This document shows positions 9,279 through 18,309 of a DNA stretch of 33,911 bases, piece by piece. Source of the stretch: Candidatus Marsarchaeota archaeon (GTDB lineage: Archaea > Micrarchaeota > Micrarchaeia > Micrarchaeales > CABMGC01). The notes beneath the pieces are model-generated. The model did no database searches. It was given only the letters and a program-made list of their open reading frames with translations, and was not told where the DNA came from. Each line of letters starts with the position of its first letter. The first letter of the stretch is position 1. The position numbers and the translations under genes are program-made. The stretch is from the NCBI GenBank assembly GCA_023379075.1, contig JAMCSO010000041.1, positions 1 to 33,911 on the forward strand, written 5' to 3'.

Positions 9279-9279
9279 T

Positions 9280-9993
9280 TCAGCCCCACATCTCGGCCTT
9301 TATGTGCTTCTGGTCAACGCCCAGTGAGAACAGAGCTTGCTTTAATGCATTGACAAATGCAGGAGGGCCACAGATGTAGCTTACCCTGTCTACAACGTCG
9401 GGAGCATACTTTTTTATCATCTCGGCATTGACATGTCCAGTATCTCCTTTCCATGTATCATTCTCTTTCGGGCGCGTGACAGTTACCGCAAGTTTTACGC
9501 CCAACTCGGAGGTTATCTGGCTGAGCTCTTCTTGCTCTATTATATCGTCAGAGTACTTCGTGCTGTATATCAGAACCCCATCAATCTGCTGGCTTCTGGC
9601 CTTTGATAGGCGAAGCATAGAAAAGAATGGGGCTAATCCGGTTCCACCAGCAAGGAAAAGAAATTTTGTTCCGGAATTTAGGTCGAACTTGAATTGCCCG
9701 TATGGAGCAGAAATATAGTAAACATCGCCTATCTTTGCTGTGTCAAGCTTTGAAGTGAACTTTCCGTGGACAAGAGATATAAGAAACTCAAGGCTTTGGG
9801 AAGGAGGTGCATTTGCTATGGAAAATGCTCTGCCTATAGATTCGCCAGTCTCCTGATTCTTGTAATAGAGCATGGCAAACATTCCTGGAACAAAGTCTAT
9901 GCTTGTTCCGTCTTGTGCTTCGAAGGTAAATGCACTCACTTCTGGTGTTGACTTCTTAATCTTCTTTAGTACATAAGGTCGGTTAAGTATCAT
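9280..9993 (-). CDS. Ferredoxin-NAD(P)+ reductase-like FAD-binding oxidoreductase
   Basis: F.PGMF, RAFSIA, GKFTS.L, PYGQF, LAGGTGLAPF.SM, YICGPP.FV, terminal EMWG. Confidence 0.9.
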   Translation of the reverse strand: MILNRPYVLKKIKKSTPEVSAFTFEAQDGTSIDFVPGMFAMLYYKNQETGESIGRAFSIANAPPSQSLEFLISLVHGKFTSKLDTAKIGDVYYISAPYGQFKFDLNSGTKFLFLAGGTGLAPFFSMLRLSKARSQQIDGVLIYSTKYSDDIIEQEELSQITSELGVKLAVTVTRPKENDTWKGDTGHVNAEMIKKYAPDVVDRVSYICGPPAFVNALKQALFSLGVDQKHIKAEMWG

Positions 9994-10051
9994 GAAGTCT
10001 ACCTTTTCATATATGCAAGTGCCTTATTAAAATGCTTTAGATCAAGCAGAC

Positions 10052-10396
10052 CTAATTAGATTTGGCATTTGTTATGCCTTCGACTGTCTTCTCGAACTTC
10101 TCGATTGACTTTATCACTTCTTTCAGTTTAGGGTTAATGTTATAACCGAGATCGTAGCCTCTTTCAGTTCGCATGTGAGTAGGCTGTAGAACATTTAGAT
10201 TCATTGAAAGATTTCTTAATGTTATTATTAGGGTCTTCCGTGTGAAACTCTTCCCAAGTACAGAATATAGCTCTCGTGTAGTCCTTGGAGACTTAAGCAT
10301 TAATAATTTAAGAACTGCGTAATTGGGCTTGCTTAGAAGCTTCCTTATTACCCATATATCATCATCTCCTTCCCTTTGAATTGATGCTCTTGCCAT
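10052..10396 (-). CDS. Small winged-helix DNA-binding protein (putative regulator)
   Basis: YAVLKLLM..SPRTTRELYSVL...TRKTLIITLRNL followed by a wing-like segment (GYNIN) and a C-terminal helix. Confidence 0.6.
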   Translation of the reverse strand: MARASIQREGDDDIWVIRKLLSKPNYAVLKLLMLKSPRTTRELYSVLGKSFTRKTLIITLRNLSMNLNVLQPTHMRTERGYDLGYNINPKLKEVIKSIEKFEKTVEGITNAKSN

Positions 10397-10580
10397 TTTT
10401 ATACCTTCTGAATTGACATGTATAATTAAACATCAAGTTTTATAAACATATACTTGTTGTAAACCGCGTATCCAAAATATATTTGAATATATCTTGATTG
10501 TTGCTCATTCTCGCCATCTTTTTTTCTTTTATAAAAGTAAATGTTTATATATTATGGTAAAGATATTATATTTTGGTATT

Positions 10581-11903
10581 ATGTCTTCCATCAAGGATTC
10601 AGAGGGGGTGCTGCTTATTGAGAGAAAGCATGTCGGGGGAAAGCGCATTGCAGAGAGTGAATTTTCTGAAGTGGTTTTGCTAGGCAAGGAACAGGTATAC
10701 CTTGTTGGGAAGTGTCTCTCTTCAAGGGAGTTCTCCCTTCTCTCTTCAGCAATTGAGAGAGTAAGGTTGACTGGAGAAGGTACAGAAAGTGGTGAGGCCA
10801 CATCCATTGCTCATGAATATTTATCCAGAAATCTTGATGCTGGGGCTGCAGGGCGTTTGGCCGGCCTTTCCGCAAAGCTCTCGGAACGCGGTGGAGTTAT
10901 GAAAGTGATATTCATGGATCCTGATGTTGAGAGGGTTTTGGTTCGGCAGCATGGAGGTGCGTTGATTGTTATAACGAAAAGCTGCGGTGCATGCTCCTCG
11001 AACATTAAAGTTGTTGAGAAGAACATTAAGAAGCTCTCGTTTGTTGTGCGGGAATGCATGATGCAAGATAAAATAGAATTTTTGGACAGCCCTAAGAAAA
11101 CGGCGCTCAGATCGATTCTTAGATCTTATACTAATGACTTCTTTGAGGGGAGAGCCGCGAACAGGAAGTTTATATGTCCCGAATTGATGGCGTATCTGCA
11201 CATGGCGATGGAGACAGGAAATAATATTATTGTTGCTGGGGCTCATGGGAGGATAACACTTCTTAATCTGATGGCACACCTCGTTCCGCAGGATACAAAG
11301 ACCCTGATGTCAGGGATCTCTTTGGAGGATTCCAATAAGAGAAACAGAAAGTACATCCTTTGCGAGGATAAGCCAATAAACAGAGCGAGATCGGTCTGCC
11401 TGCTTGCAGATTCTATTGCTCCAGACTTGCTTATTATTGAAGATGCAGGCAGGGAACTAGGAGAGCTCCTGAAAAGAACAGCCTCTGGGATGAACATTAT
11501 CGCTTCTATAGAGAGCAACTCCCTTGATATACTTTGGACCCTGAGATCTTTGAGATTCGGCCTTACGCCAGCAATAATAGGCATTTTGGATATCCTTATA
11601 TTTGTTGATGTAAATGGGAATTACACAGTCTCTGAGCTCAAATGGCTGAGTAGAGGCGAGACATTTGATGGCAAAAGCTTTGGTGAGGACCTGCTGGAAG
11701 AAGCCAATCTCTTCTGTTCTTCAGTATTCATAGAGAAGAATCTGAATACATCAAAGGTAATAATAGAGTATGCAAAGATAAACGGTCTCTCGACAAAGAG
11801 GGCAGTGGCTGCATTTAATGATAGAGTGCATGCTTTGAGCTGTGGAGATATTTATAGTGGGCTTGAATCTGCAAGGTTATCTCCGAGTTTTGTTTATGGA
11901 TAA
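10581..11903 (+). CDS. Type II/IV secretion (ArlI/VirB11/CpaF-like) ATPase homologue with degenerate catalytic motifs
   Basis: FMDPDVERV; PELMAYLHMAMETGNNIIVAG..ITLLN; PDLLII; LDILIFV; VSEL match the family fold, but Walker A GKT, Asp box and His box are absent. Start uncertain (10494/10554/10581). Confidence 0.7.
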   Translation: MSSIKDSEGVLLIERKHVGGKRIAESEFSEVVLLGKEQVYLVGKCLSSREFSLLSSAIERVRLTGEGTESGEATSIAHEYLSRNLDAGAAGRLAGLSAKLSERGGVMKVIFMDPDVERVLVRQHGGALIVITKSCGACSSNIKVVEKNIKKLSFVVRECMMQDKIEFLDSPKKTALRSILRSYTNDFFEGRAANRKFICPELMAYLHMAMETGNNIIVAGAHGRITLLNLMAHLVPQDTKTLMSGISLEDSNKRNRKYILCEDKPINRARSVCLLADSIAPDLLIIEDAGRELGELLKRTASGMNIIASIESNSLDILWTLRSLRFGLTPAIIGILDILIFVDVNGNYTVSELKWLSRGETFDGKSFGEDLLEEANLFCSSVFIEKNLNTSKVIIEYAKINGLSTKRAVAAFNDRVHALSCGDIYSGLESARLSPSFVYG

Positions 11904-11939
11904 AAAGAAATATATTTGCGTTTATCTTACTCTGATGCA

Positions 11940-12854
11940 ATGACAAAACCAGAGTGGCTTACCATAAAGCCGGCATCGACTGAAAGATATGCCGAGATAA
12001 AGGAGAGCATACGCTCTGAGGGGCTGCATACGGTTTGTGTTGAAGCGCACTGCCCAAACATAACAGAGTGTTGGAGTGGAGGCACAGCTACATTCATGGT
12101 TCTGGGAGATGTTTGCACAAGAGGATGCAGGTTCTGTGCGGTTGCGAAGAAGGCTTCGGGTAATGCGCCAGATGAGAACGAGCCAGAGAAACTTGGAAGA
12201 ATAATCAAGCTATGGGGGCTTGATTATGTAGTGATAACATCGGTATGCAGGGATGACCTCAAAGACCATGGTGCAGAACACATCTCAAGATGCGTTGAGG
12301 AAATAAGAAGAGAGAACCCATATACGATAATAGAAGTACTTTCGCCAGATTTTAGGGGAGATTATGAGTGTATTGAGAGGCTTGTAAGTTCGAAGCCGGA
12401 TGTTATAGGAAATAATATAGAGACCGTCAAGAGGCTTAGCCCGTTTGTGAGGGACAGGCGCGCAGATTACATGCAGACTCTTGAGTTTCTTAAGGGAATA
12501 AAGAAGATTAATCCTGAGATATACACAAAATCAGCGATAATGCTCGGCATTGGTGAGAGCTCTGAGGAGATTATCGAAGCTTTTAATGATCTTAGGAATG
12601 CGGGGGTTGACTTTCTCGCTGTAGGGCAATATCTAAGGCCAAGCTTAGCTCAAATAGAGGTTAAGGAGTATGTCAGCCCGGAGAGGTTTGCAGAATTGAA
12701 GAAGTTTGGGGAAGACATAGGATTTGAGTATGTTGCTTCTGGGCCGTTTGTGAGAAGCTCTTACAGGGCTGGGGAGTTCTTCGTCAAAAGAGCCTTAAGC
12801 CAGAAAAGAGGATCTAATCATAAAAGCTTTGACCTCGCTTCTCCCACAAGGTAG
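11940..12854 (+). CDS. lipA: Lipoyl synthase (radical SAM)
   Basis: KPEWL, CVEAHCPNITEC (Cx4Cx5C), CTRGCRFC, VITSV.RDDL, NIETV, GQYLRPS, GPFVRSSYRA. Confidence 0.96.
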   Translation: MTKPEWLTIKPASTERYAEIKESIRSEGLHTVCVEAHCPNITECWSGGTATFMVLGDVCTRGCRFCAVAKKASGNAPDENEPEKLGRIIKLWGLDYVVITSVCRDDLKDHGAEHISRCVEEIRRENPYTIIEVLSPDFRGDYECIERLVSSKPDVIGNNIETVKRLSPFVRDRRADYMQTLEFLKGIKKINPEIYTKSAIMLGIGESSEEIIEAFNDLRNAGVDFLAVGQYLRPSLAQIEVKEYVSPERFAELKKFGEDIGFEYVASGPFVRSSYRAGEFFVKRALSQKRGSNHKSFDLASPTR

Positions 12855-14128
12855 AGCGATCCCGTTATACATATAACATCGTCAGTTGATGACTCACTGA
12901 GGGCTTTCTTCCACGCCTGCCCAAAATTATCGAATGACTCGGAGCCGGCAGAGAGGGAAGAGAGATATGCGGGATTATAAGACATTCTTCTCCCAAAGTC
13001 TGTGTTTGACTCGAATGCGGTGAAGTAAAACTTTGAGGAGAGAGGGGCAAGCGCCTTAATCATCTCGTTTACATTCTTGTCCTTCTTTGCAGCAAATATT
13101 ACCTTGAGGCTGCGACCCCTAAGACGAGCCTTCAGGGTCTTTACAAGAGCTTCAATCTTCATTGGATTGTGCGCCCCGTCGAGTATCACTTCTGGATTTT
13201 TCATGATGATCTCGAACCTTCCAGGAATATTAAGATGAAGAAGACCTTCGCGAACAGACCTTTCAGAGGCCTTGAAACCGTGAGATTTTAACGCAAGAAC
13301 CGCGCTTATTGCAAGTGCAGCATTGGCCACCTGATGCTCACCGAGAATGCTCATTGTCAAGCCAGTATATCGCTTATTCTCGGTTATGAGATCAAATCTG
13401 GTTCCTTCATCGATTGTTTTGATATTGTATATTATATCCTTTCCTAACAGCTTCAGATCTGCTCTTTCTTCTTTTGACTTCTTTTCCAGTATCTTCACCA
13501 CTGAAGGCTGCAAAGCCCCAGAGATTACAGATATTCCAGGTTTTATTATGCCGGATTTATCGGTTGCGATCTCGTCTACAGTATCGCCAAGAATCTCTGT
13601 GTGATCAAGGCCTACGTTTGTTATTATTGCAACTTTAGGAAGGATTACGTTTGTACCATCATATCTGCCCCCAAGGCCTACTTCTATTACACCTATTTCA
13701 ACCCCGGCCTCCTTGAAGTGTTGGAAAGATAGGGCTAGGAGGGCTTCAAAGTAGGTAGGCAGCCCCCACCCGCTTCTCCTGGAAAGGCATTCAGAGTATA
13801 CTGAAAGATTATTTACTAGGCGTACAAAGGCAGGCTTAGACATGATGCGCATGTTGACCTGCGCCCGTTCGCGCATATCTTCTAGATGCGGAGAGATGTG
13901 CAAGCCGACCTTGTATCCGGATCGCATAAGCATGCTTGCAATCATTGTAGAAGTTGAACCCTTTCCTGCGGTACCACCAATGTGGACAGCGGGGTATGCG
14001 TTCTGTGGATTTCCCATCAGCTGAAGGAGTGCACTCATTCTTCCAAGTCCCTCGCCTTCATTACTCTTTTTATTGAATGGAAGAGATTCCAGATACGCTT
14101 TTGCCTCTGAAAATGTTTTGATCTCCAT
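12818..14128 (-). CDS. folC: Folylpolyglutamate synthase/dihydrofolate synthase
   Basis: HIGGTAGKGS, SPHL...RER, TYFE, EVGLGGRYDGTN, GLDHTEILG, PGRFE, LDGAHNP, TGSLYLVGE. Confidence 0.95.
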   Translation of the reverse strand: MEIKTFSEAKAYLESLPFNKKSNEGEGLGRMSALLQLMGNPQNAYPAVHIGGTAGKGSTSTMIASMLMRSGYKVGLHISPHLEDMRERAQVNMRIMSKPAFVRLVNNLSVYSECLSRRSGWGLPTYFEALLALSFQHFKEAGVEIGVIEVGLGGRYDGTNVILPKVAIITNVGLDHTEILGDTVDEIATDKSGIIKPGISVISGALQPSVVKILEKKSKEERADLKLLGKDIIYNIKTIDEGTRFDLITENKRYTGLTMSILGEHQVANAALAISAVLALKSHGFKASERSVREGLLHLNIPGRFEIIMKNPEVILDGAHNPMKIEALVKTLKARLRGRSLKVIFAAKKDKNVNEMIKALAPLSSKFYFTAFESNTDFGRRMSYNPAYLSSLSAGSESFDNFGQAWKKALSESSTDDVICITGSLYLVGEARSKLL

Positions 14129-14226
14129 GGAGCTCACAAAAAGCTACTCAGATCTATCGAGGAACAGTTGCCCGAACAATTGTATTGAACTAAATAAATA
14201 TTAATATCAATGCGCTAATCTTTACC

Positions 14227-14739
14227 ATGAAGACAATAATGTATCTTGCGATGACACTGAACGGGAAGATAGCAGATGGCAGAGGCTCAATAGGCTTCTC
14301 CTCAGATAACGAGTGGAATTTATTCCAGGAGGAGATGGGGAAATGGGGAAATATCATAATGGGAAGAAGGACTTTTGAGGTAAGTTTGAAGGCAGGGGTC
14401 TTTCCATATAATGGCTTGAATATAGTAATGACTAAAGAGAAGATCAGAAACAGATGGGGCGAGAGTGTGATATTTTTTGGCGGGTCACCGGCAGAAGCAC
14501 TAAGGCTCCTTGATGATCGCGGATTTGAGATAGCATACATTGGTGGAGGAGGCATGTTGAATTACTCTTTTCTTAAAGAGGGGTTAATAGATGAGATAAT
14601 GGTCGATGTAGAGCCTGCAGTAATTGGGGTTGGTGTTGGGCTTCTTGCAGAAGAGGAGATAAGAAGCAAACTTAAGCTTATTGATGTAAAAAGGATATCA
14701 GAAGATGAGGTTCAGCTAAGGTATTCTGTGATAAGGTAA
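14227..14739 (+). CDS. Dihydrofolate reductase-fold protein (DHFR/RibD C-terminal family)
   Basis: AMTLNGKIA, IIMGRRTF, IGGGGML, GLIDE...V.PAVIG.G..L, V.LRY; divergent from folC. Confidence 0.85.
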   Translation: MKTIMYLAMTLNGKIADGRGSIGFSSDNEWNLFQEEMGKWGNIIMGRRTFEVSLKAGVFPYNGLNIVMTKEKIRNRWGESVIFFGGSPAEALRLLDDRGFEIAYIGGGGMLNYSFLKEGLIDEIMVDVEPAVIGVGVGLLAEEEIRSKLKLIDVKRISEDEVQLRYSVIR

Positions 14740-14743
14740 GATC

Positions 14744-15184
14744 ATGAAGAGAGTTATGGCATTCGGTTCTTTTGACATTTTGCACCTGGGGCATCTTCTA
14801 TATCTGAAAAAAGCAAGGATGCTTGGCGATTTTTTGATAGTGGTTGTTGCGAGGGATAAGAGCATTGAAAGTATGAAAGGAAGGGCACCGATCATGAATG
14901 AAAAGGCGAGGCTGGCTCTGGTTTCGTCATTGAGGATCGTTGATCTGGCAGTGCTTGGGGAGAAGCTTCCTGGACAGGCATCGAGATATGAGGTCTTGAG
15001 AAAGTATAAGCCTGACGTGATAGCCCTTGGTTACGACCAGAAGGTCGATATTGGCGAGCTGAAAAAATGGCTCTCTTCTAATGGAATCAAGGCAAGAGTT
15101 GTTAGGATACATGGAAAAGCTGATGAAAAAGTATTCAAGAGTTCTCTGATTAAGCGAAAGCTTGCCATCTATCTAAAGAGATAG
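14744..15184 (+). CDS. ribL: Archaeal FAD synthase (cytidylyltransferase family)
   Basis: AFGSFDILHLGH (HxGH), VVVARD, E.AR...V..LR.VD.AVLG, KPDVIALGYDQ, KSSLIK. Confidence 0.85.
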   Translation: MKRVMAFGSFDILHLGHLLYLKKARMLGDFLIVVVARDKSIESMKGRAPIMNEKARLALVSSLRIVDLAVLGEKLPGQASRYEVLRKYKPDVIALGYDQKVDIGELKKWLSSNGIKARVVRIHGKADEKVFKSSLIKRKLAIYLKR

Positions 15185-15186
15185 AA

Positions 15187-16503
15187 TCAGATTATCTTAT
15201 TGTCTTTCGTCTCTTTTATGAAAGATATAAATATTATTGATAGGATGCAGATGCCAATCGAGACAAACGCTATCTTGGGCCATGCCGCAGTCAGCGTTCC
15301 TGAACTTATTATGATTGCAGGTAGGATGAATGTTGTTAGCACGCCTGCAAGTACTCCGCCAAATTGATTTGATAGGCCGACTCCAGAGTACCTATATTTT
15401 GTAACAAATTGCTCGGCAAGAAAAATTGGTATAACTCCAGCGGCTATGAATATTGAGCCTATGAGAAGCAACTGCGCCAATATTATGAGAGCATAGCTCC
15501 CGGTATTGATAAGCATGAAATAAGGATACGCAAATATCATAGTCAATAGTGCAGATAAGTATAGTGTCTTCTTTCTGCCGATCTTATCGCTGATAAATGC
15601 ACCGCATATTGCAGTGAATATTGCGAATATTCCCCCAAGAATGACAGATACCGTTGCAAAAGCCACATTGCCGTTAAGGATGATGTGGGAAATGTATGTT
15701 TCAGAGAAAGGCACGGCTTCAAGGCTGATCACACTGGCAGCGAATTCTGGAGCTATTGCAAGCGTGAGTATGAGGCGCCAGTTAGATTTAATTATTGTTA
15801 GTGCGGGAGTCTTGTCGACCTTCTTGCTTCCCAGCTTCTTAAATAGAGGGCTCTCGCCAAGGAAGTACCTTATCGCCACACCTATAACTATCAGCACAGC
15901 ACCAAAGAAGAAAGGTATTCGCCATCCGTTGTTTATGAAGGCAGCCTTCTCAGAGGAGGGAGCAGCTAGGAATAGAAAGAAGACTACTGCGCTGCTTATC
16001 ACAAGGCCTATCGCAGTAGCTATCTGCACCCAACTAGTCCAGAAAGCCCTGTTCTTTGATCTTGAGACGAATTCGGAAGTCCATGCTATTGCTCCCCCAT
16101 ACTCGCCTCCGGCACCAATTCCGAAAAGAATCCTGAAAAGTATAACCATTATTGGTGCTGCAATTCCTATTGCTGCGTATGATGGAACCAATGCAATACC
16201 AAGCGTGCTTATTCCCATTGTGGAGAGCGTCCACATCAGCATTTTCTTGCGACCAAAGCGGTCGCCTAGATGTCCGAAGATGAATGCACCTATAGGCCTG
16301 AATAAGAGTGTAACTGCAGCGCTTGATATGGATAGCGCAAGCCCCACATCGGCAGAGGCTGATGGAAAAAAGACAGTTGGCCATGCAATTGAAGCAACAA
16401 GAAGAGCTATGAAATAATCATAATAGTCGATGGTGGTTCCTATCGCTGCCGCAAAAGTCACTTTGGGTATCTCCTTATTATAATCCTGCACACGGAAGCT
16501 CAT
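15187..16503 (-). CDS. MFS transporter, metabolite:H+ symporter (ShiA/ProP-like) family
   Basis: GTTIDYYDY, RPIGAFIFGHLGDRFGRK, GGEYGGA, GWRIPF, ESPLF, SDKIGRK, RYSG, KET. Confidence 0.92.
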   Translation of the reverse strand: MSFRVQDYNKEIPKVTFAAAIGTTIDYYDYFIALLVASIAWPTVFFPSASADVGLALSISSAAVTLLFRPIGAFIFGHLGDRFGRKKMLMWTLSTMGISTLGIALVPSYAAIGIAAPIMVILFRILFGIGAGGEYGGAIAWTSEFVSRSKNRAFWTSWVQIATAIGLVISSAVVFFLFLAAPSSEKAAFINNGWRIPFFFGAVLIVIGVAIRYFLGESPLFKKLGSKKVDKTPALTIIKSNWRLILTLAIAPEFAASVISLEAVPFSETYISHIILNGNVAFATVSVILGGIFAIFTAICGAFISDKIGRKKTLYLSALLTMIFAYPYFMLINTGSYALIILAQLLLIGSIFIAAGVIPIFLAEQFVTKYRYSGVGLSNQFGGVLAGVLTTFILPAIIISSGTLTAAWPKIAFVSIGICILSIIFISFIKETKDNKII

Positions 16504-16642
16504 TGAGAATACACCAACACAAGCATCTTAAGAAGACAATAAAAAGATTTAAACTTTTGCCTGTTTTGCCGATTGCTTTGAAGAGATGTGGCAGAGCATA
16601 GCAAGGTTATTAGAATCTTTTATCGATACTCTATAAAAAGAA

Positions 16643-17374
16643 ATGCTGCGGTGTTTGGGATTGGTATATGATTACAATTACCAGGACAGCAAGATCAGCA
16701 CAGGGATAGTAGGTCTTGATGCTATACTATTTGGAGGGATCCCTAAAAATAACCAGGTCCTTCTTACCGGGGCGGCTGGGACTGGAAAGACCTTGCTCTC
16801 ATTCGAGATACTTTATAGGAATGCGAAAGAGAGGAGGCCGTGCACATTCATAACGTTTGACGAGCATAGAACCTCGCTGCTTGAGAATGTCAGGAGCGCT
16901 TTCTCGGATTTCGATGACATAGAAGAGCTAATAGCAAAGAATATAATGATGATTTCGGAGCAGAGGCTTCTCGAGTCTTATGGAACAAGAGAGAACTTCG
17001 AGGCGTTCATATCGGGGCTAAACAAGACGATACGATTAAATAATTCCCAGCTTGTTGTCATAGACTCGATATCGCCAATAAGGCCGTTGTTCGATGATGA
17101 TAGGGTAGTCACAAGAGCCATAAACTTTCTTGCAGAGAACTTCAGGAACCTTGGAGTCACCACCCTCTTTACGCATGAAATTTATAATACAAATACTATA
17201 ATAGACGACCTTCTCGGAACATATATGTTTGATGGTCTCATAAAGCTTAACACGCTCGGAGAAGAGGGCAGCTTTCAGTTCCTTACAAGAGTTGTGAAGA
17301 TGAGAGGCACGGACCACAGCAATGTTTCCATGCCTTATGAAATTACGCCGAACGGCATAAATGTCTTCAGATAG
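16643..17374 (+). CDS. Single-domain KaiC/RAD55-like RecA-superfamily ATPase
   Basis: STGIVGLD..LFGGIP, Walker A GAAGTGKT, TFDE, LVVIDS, DGLIKL, VVKMRGTDHS, PYEIT..GI.V. Confidence 0.9.
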   Translation: MLRCLGLVYDYNYQDSKISTGIVGLDAILFGGIPKNNQVLLTGAAGTGKTLLSFEILYRNAKERRPCTFITFDEHRTSLLENVRSAFSDFDDIEELIAKNIMMISEQRLLESYGTRENFEAFISGLNKTIRLNNSQLVVIDSISPIRPLFDDDRVVTRAINFLAENFRNLGVTTLFTHEIYNTNTIIDDLLGTYMFDGLIKLNTLGEEGSFQFLTRVVKMRGTDHSNVSMPYEITPNGINVFR

Positions 17375-17390
17375 GCGCCAAGTGAGAGTG

Positions 17391-17882
17391 ATGAGGAAGG
17401 AAAAGGATCAGTTCCTTAAGAAGATTGTAATCCCTGCATTCTTTACTGCGTTTGCCGCAACCGTGCTGGTACTCGCACTTAAGTATTTAAATTTTAGTAT
17501 AAGGTATGGGACTGGTTCATCGGGGATAATATTTGCTTCTTTTGGATCCAGTCTCTTTCTTCTATTTATGGCGCCGAAGTCAAAGACTGCGTCTGTAAGA
17601 AAGTTTGTCAAGAGCTATCTATTTGGAGGTGTGATAGGGGTTGCGGGAAGCACTATGCTTTCATATCTTCCCCTCTTCATGGTTGCCTTCATAATAATAT
17701 TTGTTGCATCTATTGTGCTCTTTATTTCAGACAGCGTACATCCCCCGGCAATAGCCATAGCCTTTGCATTCGTGCTGTTTAGGATAGATGTGTACGGGAT
17801 GGTGATAGTTGCTTCTACAGCTTTCCTGATAGTGCTTCTTAAGCTATTTTTTGACAGGTTTGTATATCCTTTTGAGAAGTAA
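17391..17882 (+). CDS. HPP family membrane protein
   Basis: FASFGSSLFLLFMAP and VHPPA motifs; several TM helices; ATG 17391 preceded by GAGAGTG. Confidence 0.85.
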   Translation: MRKEKDQFLKKIVIPAFFTAFAATVLVLALKYLNFSIRYGTGSSGIIFASFGSSLFLLFMAPKSKTASVRKFVKSYLFGGVIGVAGSTMLSYLPLFMVAFIIIFVASIVLFISDSVHPPAIAIAFAFVLFRIDVYGMVIVASTAFLIVLLKLFFDRFVYPFEK

Positions 17883-17908
17883 CATTCTCCACATTAAAGA
17901 TGATAAAT

Positions 17909-18306
17909 ATGAGTATAATAGAAGATTTCAAGGCCTTCTCAACAAAGGCAATGCGCTGGACATGGAAATAGCAGTGATAATTGGTGTCGCACTTAACAAC
18001 GTTGTTAACGGCCTCGTTACCAACATAATCACTCCGCTTATAGGAATACCAGGACACGTAGACTTCTCTAGCATGAAATTTGTCATTAACGGAAGTACCT
18101 TTATGTATGGAAACTTCATCAACGCTGTGATAAACTTCGCTGTAGTGTCTCTTGTTGTTTTCTTCGTTATAATCAAGCCCATGTCGAAGCTTCAGAAGAA
18201 GAGGGCAGATGAAAAGCCTGTTACAAAAAACTGTCCAGAATGTCTCTCGGCAATACCTGTAAACGCAAGAAGGTGCGCCTACTGCACATCTCTCCTTGAA
18301 AAATAG
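17909..18306 (+). pseudogene. mscL: Large-conductance mechanosensitive channel MscL with C-terminal Zn ribbon, frameshifted near codon 10
   Basis: ATG 17909 gives MSIIEDFKAF (MscL N-terminus) and that frame soon stops; LNKGNALDMEIAVIIG...YGNFINAVINF continues in the -1 frame from about 17938; C-terminus CPECLSAIP..ARRCAYCTS. Confidence 0.8.
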
Positions 18307-18309
18307 GTG

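Noticed and set aside
15614..16417. 267-aa plus-strand ORF, and similar shadow ORFs such as 32861-33634 and 29943-30548
   Set aside because: Antisense to well-supported genes, with no recognisable motifs.
17851..17908. Listed N-terminus of the MscL ORF
   Set aside because: It overlaps the HPP gene; the real N-terminus is in another frame at 17909.
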